In this document: positions 33,962-45,888 of the stretch, piece by piece
How the letters are laid out: each line of letters opens with the position of its first letter
How positions within the stretch are numbered: the stretch's first letter is position 1
Source: Lophium mytilinum
Lineage: Eukaryota
Direction: 5' to 3'
Length of the DNA: 64,000 nt
Assembly (NCBI GenBank): GCA_010093605.1
Contig: MU004189.1
Span: forward strand, 1,309,834-1,373,833
Translations under genes and position numbers: made by a program
The notes under the pieces: model-generated
Told to the model about the DNA's origin: nothing
The model's input: only the letters and a program-made list of their open reading frames with translations
The model's database searches: none

Positions 33962-35485
33962 TTAGGCGGCCTGGGACTTATTATGGGGTTCATTAGCTTG
34001 GCTCAGCAATTCGGTCGACAAGGTAGAGGGCTTTAAGCTGTGAACGAGAACCGGTTTTGAGTGTCTATAGCAAACGCGAACGGAGAGCGGTCCTGAGTGC
34101 CTATAGCGAACGCGAACGGGGAGCGGTTCTGATTTCTCAGAGCTAGCACGAACGAGACGAGTGTGCTTTCTCTTGCCTCTCGCCTCATATTGTTCTTGTA
34201 AGCGACGGAATACGCGTTTGGACTCTTCAAATATCCTGTCGTGCTTCTCCACGCTCACTCTCGCTTTCCGCACTTGGTCCTCAATTTCAGCGTCATCCAG
34301 CCGAGTAATACGAAACGACGAAAAGATAGCAGTGTCGTTCAACTGTCTCATAGGACGATACAAGGGTGCGCATTTTACCAGTTGAATCATCTGAAGCACC
34401 TTGTTTCTCGAAGAGTGATGAGAAGCCCGTTTGTAGAGATCCTGTTTTAGAAGCTCTAAGATAACTTGTACTTCATCGATATGTCTCCCAATACAGAAGT
34501 GAGGTCTCTGAAGAGCATCGTAGATCCAAGTTCTCGGGTCTCTAGCTCGCGCCCTCCTAAGAATTATTTTCTCCATCTGATACTTCGCGTTTTCTAAATC
34601 TCTTCTGTAAGCATTGAGACGAAGGCTTGTTGAAGACCTGAGGAGCTGCCACACGTTCCGCTGTGAAGTTTTTTCGAAGAAACTGCCCATTTCAATCATC
34701 CTGGATAATTCTGACCAGCCGTGAATGGTATCACGGAAGATTTCTGTGGCAACTACTCTCTCTGCTTTCATCTTGCGGAGGAACCCGTCAGATCGTTCCG
34801 AGCTTACTGATGCAAGTAACTTCTGTCCCTTGCGTACCTCCCGGAAACCTATATGAAGGCTTTTAAAGATGGAGTGAAAAAAGTCAAACTTGGGGAGTGG
34901 AGCTCCGTTCAACATTATCCGAATTTTGTTGAGACCCATCTCTACAGCGTTGAACGGTTGCATCGACACCGAGTAGTCCAGTAATTCGCGAGCACGTATG
35001 AGTTGTAGTCGTAGAACCGGTGTTCGTTGCTCGGAGGCAGTCGCTATAGCTTCCTCGAGACTTCACACATCATCCTTCATGTCTTGGAGACGATGAAGTC
35101 TGCGAGACTCGTGCGGCGCGGGGAATTCGGACCCGTCCCAGTGATTCCAATCTGTGATGCAAATATCACCGTATTTAAGAAATCTACTAGAAAGGCGTTG
35201 GCGTTCATGGATCGGGCGTTTGGAAGGTACCAGCCTGGGAATGGCCGGCTTCACTACCGGGCGTTCCACGCGTGGCTCCTTGAGAGTCGGCGACTTGGCA
35301 GTCGAGCGAGTAGAGGAATAACGCCTTTCAAGGGGTACAGAATCTGCAATTGAACTTCGGTGGGGGTTGAGAACAGATGTTCTCGCCGCGGCGAGTATGC
35401 TATGACTGGTACGTGGACGGGCATGGTGAAGGAGGAGGCGAACTTCGAGCGGCGGATGACAACAAGCATAGCAACGCATGGGCAT
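33962..35485 (-). pseudogene. Hypothetical protein gene interrupted by a single in-frame TGA
   Basis: ORFs 35063..35485 and 33962..34969 share a frame, and the intervening codons (SLEEAIATASEQRTPVLRLQLIRARELLDYSV) are open. The only stop is TGA at 35063..35065. A 36-bp tandem duplication lies at ~34060-34130. Confidence 0.55.
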
Positions 35486-36220
35486 GTGAAGAGGCCGGGG
35501 TGCTCTCCGGCTCGAACAGTACGGATGTGTTGGTCGCTACGCGTCTCAATAGGTCGCTGGATGGCATCTGGAAAATAAGGAAGGAAAGCGGGTGGATCAT
35601 GTCATGGCCGGAGGGTCGTGGTTTGCATTGGTTGTAGTGATTATTTGTGTCGGTTGACGAGCCTAGAGGTCATCTATAGAGTAGAAGGAGGATGTCAAGA
35701 TGGCAGGATGGCCAAACGTAAAACAAAATCGCGTCGGAGCGGCCAAACTATGCACCGTTAGGATGCTCGAAAAGCGAAGCACTTGCATAAAGTATTCCCT
35801 GGCTCGCCCTGGATCCCACGTGACGGGTACCATATAAGAAATACTTGCATAAACTACCCCCTAGCTTGCATCTGGACGCCTCGACGCCTGGGCCTCACGT
35901 GGGGCTTTGGAAGCGCCGATTGTGATGTCATGGGCGCTTGCGGGCAGCGACAACGAGACCCAGTCGATGGCAGGATTTACCAAAACCTCAGACAACCATC
36001 CCCCGGCCTCCGCACTGCAAGCACCGCACGCCCTCCAGCTTTGTTTCAAACACCATCGGTACGTGATTTGATCTGCGCAGGCAGCGCGTCTGACTGTGGC
36101 CCAATTTACGCAACCGCTGGCTGCCGCCGTGCACCACCTCAAACACTCGCAGTGCAGGGTACACTGCTAACAATAGCCCTACAGAACTCTATAACTGCCT
36201 CTCTGCCGACTCTTCTCACC

Positions 36221-37617
36221 ATGTAAGCTGGCCTTCAATCTCCAATTCCCTCCGTTCTTATTCCCTGCTACTTTGTACCGCATCTATATTTTGCATTGCA
36301 TCGTTCCGCTTGTTGCCGCATTTCACCGCATACCTTCACTTCATAGCATTGCTTCAGTCGCGTTCAAGCGTTCCTCTGCCTTTCCACTATGGCCATCTTT
36401 GCCTACCCCCAGCATCCCCCTCCTCCGCCGCCTCCACCATACTCCGGCTATCCTACATCTCGCACGCCTTCACGATCTCGTTCGCTTACCATCATGCCCA
36501 CGCGTACTAGGAATCGCTCCCTCTCTGTCCGCTCCAAGAAGGAGTCCGGCAGTACTGAGAAATCGGTGCCCAAGCATCGCTTCACCATGGCCTCCCTCCG
36601 TGGCATGCAGCAGCCAGACCTTTCCAAGAAGCTGTTTAAGCTGATCAAGACGGAGAACCATGCCATCGGCGCGCACGAGACTGCCGGGCGCGAGCGAGCG
36701 GCCATCGCCTCGCAGCTCTCTGAGTGGGGCGAGGCGACAAACGACGACGCCTTGTCGGAAATATCAGACAAACTTGGGGTGTTGATGGCTGAGATCGCGG
36801 AGCAGGAGGATGTTTACGCGCAGAACCTGGAAGAATACAGGGGCGTTTTGAAGCAGATCAGGAACACCGAGAGCTCAGTCCAGCCGAGTAGGGACCACAA
36901 GGCGAAGGTAGGCATTCAAGATTTCCGCTGGGTGTTACATGCTGACAGATTGAAAGGTGTCCGACGAGATCCAGAAACTCAAGTACAAAGAACCACAGAG
37001 CACTAAAATTGTGCAATTGGAGCAGGAACTAGTCCGCGCCGAAGCACAAAGCTTGGTAGCTGAGGCTCAGCTCACCAACATTGTACGTTTGACACCTCAT
37101 TGTATGATCAGCCTTGCTAATAGGGCTATAGACCCGCCAGAAGTTCAAGGAGGCTTACGACCTCCACTTTGCCGCCACGATTGAACGCGCCGAGAAGCAA
37201 ATTCTGTTGGCAAAACAAGCCCGACGCCTCGTGAACTTGGTCGACGACACACCAATCGTTCCTGGCGACGTGCATCACCCGTTCGAGCACATGGAGGTTG
37301 CCCGGCAGGTTCTCAACGACGCCGAGGACGAGCTTCGCGCGTGGACGCCGAACATGGAGCCTATCCATTCGTCTGCTGGCAACCTCGGCGCCGGAGCCAT
37401 GCCCGGAAGTCATTCAATTGCCTCTGGTAATGGAGGCTACGAGCAAGACCTACAAGATACTCATCCAGCATACAGAGAAAAGACTACCAGCAGCAGAAGC
37501 ACAAGCGGCGAAAGACGCGTCACCAGCGGCACTTCCGTAAACTCGACCGTCGGCACCGAAACCAACCCGCCATACCCCGTCAGCGAAGTCGAGAGGCGAG
37601 AAGCTGCACAGGTCTAG
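36221..37617 (+). CDS. PIL1: Eisosome BAR-domain protein, Pil1/Lsp1 (PilA/PilB) family
   Basis: QQPDLSKKLFKLIKTEN, QLSEWG, ISDKLGVL, IRNTESSVQPSRDHKAK, KLKYKEPQSTKIVQLEQELVRAEAQSLVAEAQLTNI and TRQKFKEAY. Introns ~36908..36956 and ~37083..37131. The start is probably split AT|G by intron 36223..36510. The paralog (PilA vs PilB) is not resolved. Confidence 0.93.
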
Positions 37618-38501
37618 GTAGTGTTCGATCGTGGCCTATTGACGACTTTTGACGATGCGTTGATACCTTGCTCATTTGTTCTTTCATGTTGCTTCTTTAG
37701 TATGACTTCTCGAACGGCGGTCTTACATTCTTGAATCATGGAGAGGGCGGCAACATGTTGTATGATTAATTCCTTTGGTACTTTTTTGGGTTGCTAGATC
37801 GAGGACCCGCATGCCGCTGGCAGCTTGATGAAGATTCTTTATGACTTTCAAATCTTATGTGCAGGGTCCAGGGCGCGAGGGCGAGTGAACTGTGTGAGAA
37901 CTATATTGACACACCGTATTTGATGCCAGTGGCATGAGACTCCCACTGGCTATGCTGGGGCTCAATGACTCCTCTTCACGCTCTCCAACGGCAGATGCTG
38001 TAGTGTGGTGATCTGTCCTCAGTACCATCGTTGATAGATCTCGTCGCGGAATTCCCCCGCTGCTACTCTTTGGTTAGGGCTACCCATCATAGCAATCATT
38101 GAGATTGCTCAGATTTAGGCGATGGGTTTCGGGAACGAAAGACGCGATGATTTATGCCGGCTTGGTGGGGTTGATTTTCACTTGTGTCCCGATGTCAGTG
38201 CACAGTGCCAAGACCCATGTTCCCAAGGTTGTTCCGTGGCCTCAATTCCACCCACCTCGCCGTCCGTCCATATCGCCAATAGCTACCACATACCACCTTC
38301 TAGACAGGTGGTGCTTCGACTAGGCATCTACTCTTTCCCTAAACCTACCTACTTAAACGTACCCCGCCGCCTCTTTCCACAGCTACTCCAACTCCCCGCC
38401 TTGACTACAGCACTTCACCGCTACAGAATCCAACAGCTATCTCGTCTCGTACCGCCGGGAAAGCAGGCTCCACGGCCTAGGGGACAGCATCATCCTGCAG
38501 C

Positions 38502-41306
38502 ATGGAGTATGAGGGCGCCCCCGGGGGGCACAAGAAGAAGCGCGCATACGCCGCCCAGGCCTACGATTTTGGCGCAAATGCACAACCGGCGGGAGGAGCA
38601 CCAGCACCCATCGGAGCTCCTATTGGATCTCCTATTGGGGCTCCTATCGGGACACCTCTTGGGGGAGCACCAGTGCCTGGAGTCCCTCAGGCGCCTCAAG
38701 ATCCGCTGGCACCACAATTCGGGCAGATGAATTTGGGCCCTCAGCCTGCAGGTGTGCAACCGCAAGTTCCCCAGATGCAAGCCCCGCCACAACAGTTAAA
38801 CCAGCTGTATCCTACGGATCTAGTCAGCCAGCCTTTCAACGTACTGGAGCTCGACTTGCCGCCCCCACAGATCAATCTTCCACCAAATGTGTGTCTCATC
38901 GATTCAACTACTGGTCTGCACTGGCTAATCCGTACAGACAAGCGCGACACCTTCGCCTTACGCGAACTGCCCCCCGAAGTACGTTCGATCGACGCTCAAC
39001 TGTGTCCCCACCACACACTCGCTGTTGAAGAAGTCCCGCCTTCCCTTCGCTCTCGTAATCCAGCCATATACCTCGTTACATGATGCGGAGGATCCCGTCC
39101 CTGTTGTTCCGGACCAGGTCATATCGCGGTGTCGGAGGTGCCGAGCGTACATCAACCCATTTGTCACATTCCTGGACCATGGACATAGGTGGAGATGCAA
39201 CATGTGCAATCTCACAAATGATGTCCCGCAGGCCTTCGACTGGGACTCGGCAGCCCAGAAGAGCGTGGACAGATGGCAGAGACCAGAGCTCAACTACGCT
39301 GTGTGCGAATTTGTGGCCCCACAGGAGTATATGGTGCGACCGCCGCAGCCCCTGGTCTACCTATTCCTCTTTGACGTTAGCTACGCTGCGGTCACAAATG
39401 GGCTGCTTGCTACCAGTGCCCGTTGCATTTTGGAGAGTTTGGACAGGATACCGAATGCGGACCGAAGGACACGGATTGGTTTCATGGCCGTAGACTCCAG
39501 TCTACACTACTTCTCCATTCCTCGGGACGGAAGCGAGAGTAACGAGCCGGGAATGCTTGTCGTAAGTGACCTCGACGAGCCATTCCTTCCAACCCCACAG
39601 GATCTTCTAGTCAACCTTTCGGAATGCCGAGCAAATGTGGAGATTTTCCTTGAGAAGCTGCAATCGATGTTCCAGGATACACCAAACACAGGGTCGGCAA
39701 TGGGCTCCGCGTTGAGGGCAGGTCATAAACTCATATCCCCCGTGGGTGGCAAGATTACCGTTCTCAGTGCGTCACTGCCAAACATTGGTTACGGGAAGCT
39801 GGAGATGCGAGAAGACAAGAAAATGCTTGGAACCAGCAAAGAAGGCAGTCTGCTTCAAACCGCCAACAGTTTTTACAAGAGTTTCGCCGTCGAGTGCTCC
39901 AAGAACCAGGTTTCTATTGACATGTTCCTCTTCTCCTCCCAGTACCAGGACGTTGCAACGCTTAGCAATCTGCCGAGATACACTGGTGGACAGACTTACT
40001 TCTACCCTGGATGGAATGCGGCTAGGAGCGAAGACGCCATCAAGTTTGCCAGGGAGTTCAGCGACTACCTATCTGCCGAGATTGGACTAGAAGCCGTTCT
40101 TCGTGTCCGGGCAACGACCGGTCTCCGGATGAGCACGTTTTACGGCAACTTCTTCAATAGGAGCTCTGATCTTTGCGCTTTCCCTGCCTTCCCTCGTGAC
40201 CAGGCCTATGTCGTCGAGGTTGCGATTGATGAGACGATTACGAAACCCTACGTCTGCATGCAGGCGGCGGTACTTCACACCACCTGTAACGGTGAGAGGC
40301 GGATACGAGTGTTGACTTTGGCGCTGCCAACGACGGAGACATTAGCAAACATCTATGCGTCGGCGGACCAGGCAGCTATCACGGTCTACTTCAGCCACAA
40401 AGCAGTCGAGAGAGCGTTGGGAAGCGGACTCGATGCCGCTCGTGAAGCACTACAATCCAAGATTATCGAGATCTTGCAGACGTACAGGAAGGAGTTAGCA
40501 GGTGGCAACATGGGAGGTGGAGGTCTTCAACTGCCCCACAACCTACGAGGCTTGCCCGTCCTATTCCTTGGTTTGATTAAGAACGTGCGTATCTTCTGCG
40601 TCTTTCCATACTTCTATGCTAACCTCCTTTTCTAGGTCGGCCTCCGAAAATCCGCACAAATCCCATCCGATCTCCGCGCTGCAGCTCTTTGTCTTCTGTC
40701 AACCCTTCCATTACCGTTGATGATTCAATACATGTACCCGAAGCTGTACTCCCTCCATGACATGCCCGACGAAGCCGGTGTCCCAGATCCGCAGACTGGT
40801 GAAATCCTTCTCCCTGCTCCTTGCAACCTCTCATCCGAACGCATCGTTCCGTACGGGCTTTACCTCATTGACGACGGCGTGAATCAGTTTGTCTGGGTAG
40901 GACGAGATGCCGTACCGGCTCTGCTACTCGACGTCTTCGGTGTCGAAGATCGGACGGCCATTAAGCAGGGCAAGACTACACTGCCTGCGCTCGACAACGA
41001 GTTTAACGAAAAAGTGAGGGCTGTCGTAGAGAAGAGCAAAGACCATCGCGCAAAGGGAGTCGGAAGCATCATCGTTCCAACGCTGTATGTCATCAAGGAG
41101 GACGGTGATCCAAGCTTGAAGCTCTGGGCGCAGACACTGCTGGTCGAGGACCGGGCGGATCAGGGAGTCAGTCTGCAACAGTGGATGGGGATGCTGCGGG
41201 AGAAGGTATGTGGATCTAATCCGGAAGGGATAGTGCCTTTGATCTTGAGCAGTTGGCCGGATTGAGGACTTGTTGCTAATCTTCGGTGGCGCAGGTTGTG
41301 CAATAA
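38502..41306 (+). CDS. SEC24: COPII coat subunit Sec24
   Basis: [14 protein letters not shown], zinc finger [12 protein letters not shown]...[25 protein letters not shown], v[26 protein letters not shown] and a gelsolin-like C-terminus. Introns ~38889..38941, 40585..40635 and 41206..41294; ends VVQ*. Confidence 0.96.
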
Positions 41307-42194
41307 ATGCCTTATGGACACGATCAACAACACAGGGCGATGACGGGCTTTGTATGAAAAAGGCATTTCTGCCCACGAGTCGACGGACTGGAAGCGACGC
41401 TGGCTGCGGCGGAGAGTTTGTCGGAACGGTGCTTTAGTTGGGCCATGTGGTGGGCTTGGTGGATAGCGCTTTTCTTGTATCACAGAAACGAAACGGGAGA
41501 GGGCGGCTCATGAAGCACTCCGTAATGAATAGGAACGGTTGCTTTTCTACGTGAGCGGTTTCGTAATACTCCATGTCCTGCCAGGGTTTTGCTATCGCCG
41601 TAATCTTTGACGCTTGGCAGGTGTAATCTGTTTAGGATCACAGCCTCAACACTATGCATTACGCCGGCATCTGCCCTACTCGGGGGACGTCTGACTAACG
41701 CAGGTGCGTGTAAGCACTTGCGCTCTCCTGTGGATACCACGAAAAGCTAAAATGGTTGAGTCGCTCATAGGGAGAACTGGGATAGTTATTCGGCAGGGTC
41801 GTCACGCTAAGTGGAGGTAGGAAATATACGTTGTATAAGAAAAAGCTTCAGCCGCGTCGATTGCAGCATTGGTTTGGGTTCTTAGCTCATGCCGCCGTGC
41901 GTACTTTCACATCTCATGTTAGCTGCTGACTCGATTACAGCAAAACTCCAGAATTTAGATAGAAGGTCATAAGCAAGCGCAGCTCGGACATCCCTTGGCG
42001 TCAACACGTGTTGACAAACTCCCTAAATTCACACAGTCTATACCGTTTCGAAAAGATTTAGATGGATGAAGAATGCCGAACTTGGGTAGAGTTCACTGAT
42101 TAGAGGTTAGCGGGCTTGGCGGTCATCAATCCTTCCACCTGCATTTCACACCTTTTTTCCAACCTCAACTTTCCAACCCCAACACAACAACACG

Positions 42195-42707
42195 ATGGAT
42201 CCAACCCTCGTGAACACCGAGTTCGTGAGCGCGTTCGAGGCGAAGGACAAATCCGACGCCAGACGAGAGTTTCTCCGGAAGGCGGAGAAGGATGTCGCCG
42301 AGCGTGCTGGGGTCCAGGGCGCGTTGATAGCGAAAGTTGATGAGGCCAAGGCGGCGGGCGAGTCGCTCACTGCTAGCCTTGCGAAGGTTACGGCAGCGCG
42401 ACGGGCGCGTCTGGCAGCGCTCGGTCAGCCGCAAGGGCGTCGAGAGGAGGTTTCTATGGAGACTCCCATGGAGACTCCTGCGGTAACTCCTGCGGTAACT
42501 CTTGCGGAGGATGCGAATGCCTAGATCAGGTCGCTCAGCATGAGCCTGGCCAGTGAACAGGCGAAGCTGGCGACTGCGGAGGTGGAGGCTGAGGCGTTGG
42601 GGGTGTTGGTAAGGCAGAAGGACGGCAGCCTTCAGTGGAAGGACGTTGACCTTCATCAGAAGGAACGAGAGATTGAGGCTTTGCGGAAAGCACTCCAGCT
42701 TGCGTAG
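42195..42707 (+). pseudogene. Coiled-coil hypothetical ORF with an internal in-frame TAG
   Basis: After TAG 42522..42524 the same frame stays open for ~60 codons of coiled-coil-like sequence (SLASEQAKLATAEVEAEALGVLVRQKDGSLQWKDVDLHQKEREIEALRKALQLA*). Confidence 0.4.
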
Positions 42708-45700
42708 ACTCATCGTTAAGACTCCTTTGCGTGTGGTTTCAGTGAGTCGTTTTGGAGAGTTTGAGCTCAAGTGGAATGCCCAGGAGACAGATCCTTGTGC
42801 AGCCATAAAGATGTCTCTCGAGGAATTCGCACTCTTGTGTTACAGAGGTGCGAAGGGGGGTTTGACCTGGAGGGCTAGCAGATGGATGCGAGGCCACTGC
42901 TTTGCAGATGTCTGGCACAGGCAGCGCAAATCGCAAGCTTGTGCTGGTGGGTTCGATTTCGTGTATTTGTTCAATAGATTGCGTGTCTTCCAGATCGTCT
43001 TCTTCTTCCTATCTCTCTTTATAATGAACTGAACGTTGGTAATATCAAAAACACTACTCATCTGAAAGCAGAACAAAGGCTAGAAAATGTCTCTTATCCC
43101 GAAGTTATTTCGTACGTATATGAAGGTGATCGACTGGATTCATCTCCTCAGGCGGAATCGTTGAGGTACTATGTCAGAGCTGCAATTATTTTTTAGGTTC
43201 ACCACTGGTAAATGTCATTGATTAAAGAGCAATAAAGGCTGAAAGTCACCGAGTTTGTATGGCATACATCAAAAGAATCGGCGATCGTATTCACGACGAT
43301 CGTCTCATCTCCAGCCTCGATCGCGGGTGCCCGTGGCGAAGATTAGCTGAAGATTATATGTATCGGCGTTGCAGAGTGCAATCACTCCTCTAGGCGTTTA
43401 GTGTATCCGTCCTACGTTTGGTATCTCAGCGATAGCCGTTCAACCCCTAATCGCGAACGCCGACTTGTTCGGATCTGCTCGGGGTACCGCGATAGGCTTT
43501 CGAGAATCAAGATAAAATATCAAGCTCTATGCAATGGTAATAAGGCTGCTGTTTGACACAGACGCCGGGGGACGTCTTAACAGAGGTCTAATGTCCTCTA
43601 ATTTGAATTTGGGGGCCATTCAAAGCGGTTAAGAGTGGCTTGAATTCAGCTTTCTGGTCCTGGAAATAAACCCCTTTGCAACATGCATTTTGGATTTTAA
43701 GCTCAAAAGTTTTCTGATTACAAGAAGTACGGCAACAATCGACTTGAAAGAATTCGATTCCCCTCTGCCCTTGCATCTGAGACTATTTAGACGTTATAAG
43801 TGACTTTGAAGTGTGCGTGAGTGAAGCCAGTTGTACCCCTTTAAACGTAGGCCGCGCCTTCTAAGCTGGGTCACCCCTTTAGGCTTGAACCGCGATTCTG
43901 AGCTCGGTTCTGATCCAATTTTGAAACAAACAGCGGCAGTGGACTCGGCGGGGTTCAAAGAATACACCCAGTGTGTTTGAAAGTGATGGGAATGAAAATG
44001 CGTTTTCTACATTGCCGGAGACTTACCTTACCCCGAGTTCACGTGAATTGCAAGTTTGAGCTCATTTTTTAAATACCTCCTAGCGCTTTCTGACCTTGTA
44101 GACGCCTCAGAACTTGCCAAACCGCGTTAGGTCCTTACGACGCGATTAAAGCTTTCCAGACGCTGGCCTTCAATCAACAGGCCCAGTGAACTAGTCCAAG
44201 TTAATTTCTTGCACGTCTGCGTGCGAAAGGAGTCGTATTGTAGTCTTTTATTTGTGTCGCGGGATTTCCAATCTGACACGAACGAGTGGCGACAGCTGGA
44301 ACCCAAGACTCCCCGCCGCTCGGTTTCCCAGAAACGGCAGACGCCGTTCCCTCGCGGCGTCCAGTGGCTCAGTTTCTGACGTGCAGCGTCGTCGAACAAA
44401 CCGGGAACCCTTCAACGCTCGAAGCACCCGCCGGAGCAAGACCCGGAAGAACTCTGCAAAAAAAAACCACCCTCCTCACCGCCTTTATACGCATCTGCAA
44501 CCCGCGTCCCACAAAAGCTCGCACAGGAGCGTGGGTTCAGACTCGAGGACTATGGTACAGCTGCGACGGGGACGACTCGCAGGGCGGGACTGGACTGCCT
44601 AGCCCTTTCGCTTCAGCAAGGTACAAGAGGTACCTTTTCTCGCTGGTGGATCACGCACTTGGGGCCTGCATCCCCTTGCAGCCCGCCTGCTTTGCTGGTT
44701 AGTTCGCGGCGGGTCTCTGCGGCGGGCCAATTGGCGGTACGGGAGGCGGTGGGAGGTGGGCGAGCCGGCTTTTTCTGCTGACGGGGCCTGGATGTTGCTG
44801 CCCCTGCCCTGCTGTGTTCTGAAGTCGGGAGAACGGCATGTGAAACCGGGCGGTGCGACGAGAGGGGAGGGTTGAAGAGGCGCCAGGCACGACGAGGGCT
44901 GGATATATCGGATGTGATGCTGGAGCTTGAAGACGCCTGGGCTTGCAGATGGATCTCGCAGCATGCAGGCGCCGCTGTTAGGGCCTCCGAGCACCGTCAC
45001 GTATGCTTTGCCGTCGGCGGCTCCCCCAGCTGCCCAGCGTCAAGCGGCATATTATTCCCACCACCTGGCTGAAGGGCGAACGCGTCCAGTCGCAGCGCGG
45101 GCCGTCTCCCACCAACTACAGCACTCCATACAATACTCGGCGCTGTGGATCGGCTGCTGTCGCAAGGCGGATCGCGCATTTCTGAGCCCCCCCGACCCGC
45201 ACACACACACGACAAAGGGCGCTAGGTGGTTGCGTTCTACGGTACGGGTTTCTGCCAACCCCTCGCATCGCATGCCGCAGCAGCAGCAGAGACGAACACG
45301 CAATTCCATACTCCCTCCCACCACACACACCCACTCAACATCTGGCCCGGCCTGCAGCTGTCCTGTCCTATCCTATTGCTGAAGACGCCGAAAGACAGAG
45401 CCGCACCATCCCTCCCTCGACCTCGACCGCGACGCCCGTGCCTCTGTGCATCTGCAGCCTGCTGCTCACCATCTGCCCAAGTGGCGGGGATCGCCCCCTC
45501 CAGCACCTTATCGCGGCGTCACTGGCCATCCATACCACGACGACCACTCCGCGTAGCCGGCCGCCCTCGAAATCACCACGCCCTTCTCGCTGACGAGACT
45601 CTACACGACTGACGACTGACGAAGCTACGATTTCTGTTCTTTCTGCGACCGGTACCAGCTGGAGTGTGTGTCGGTCGGATGTCGTTGCAGCGCAGCCCTA

Positions 45701-45888
45701 TCGACCGTCAGCTGCACCCCGACAGCCTTCCACCGCGCGAGCATCGTCTGCACTGCGTTCCTGAGGCCCAGCGCTGGTGATTCGAGAGCCACTGCTAAGC
45801 CGGAGGAACCGCTGGACTGCGCCGGACTGCGAAAGGATTCCCAGCGTTTCAAGTCAGGCTACATCTAGCACAACTCAAATACAACAAT

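Noticed and set aside
43100..45880. Short ORFs upstream of the C2H2 transcription factor
   Set aside because: GC-rich, low-complexity promoter/5'UTR-like sequence with no protein-like signal. uORF function cannot be assessed from sequence alone.
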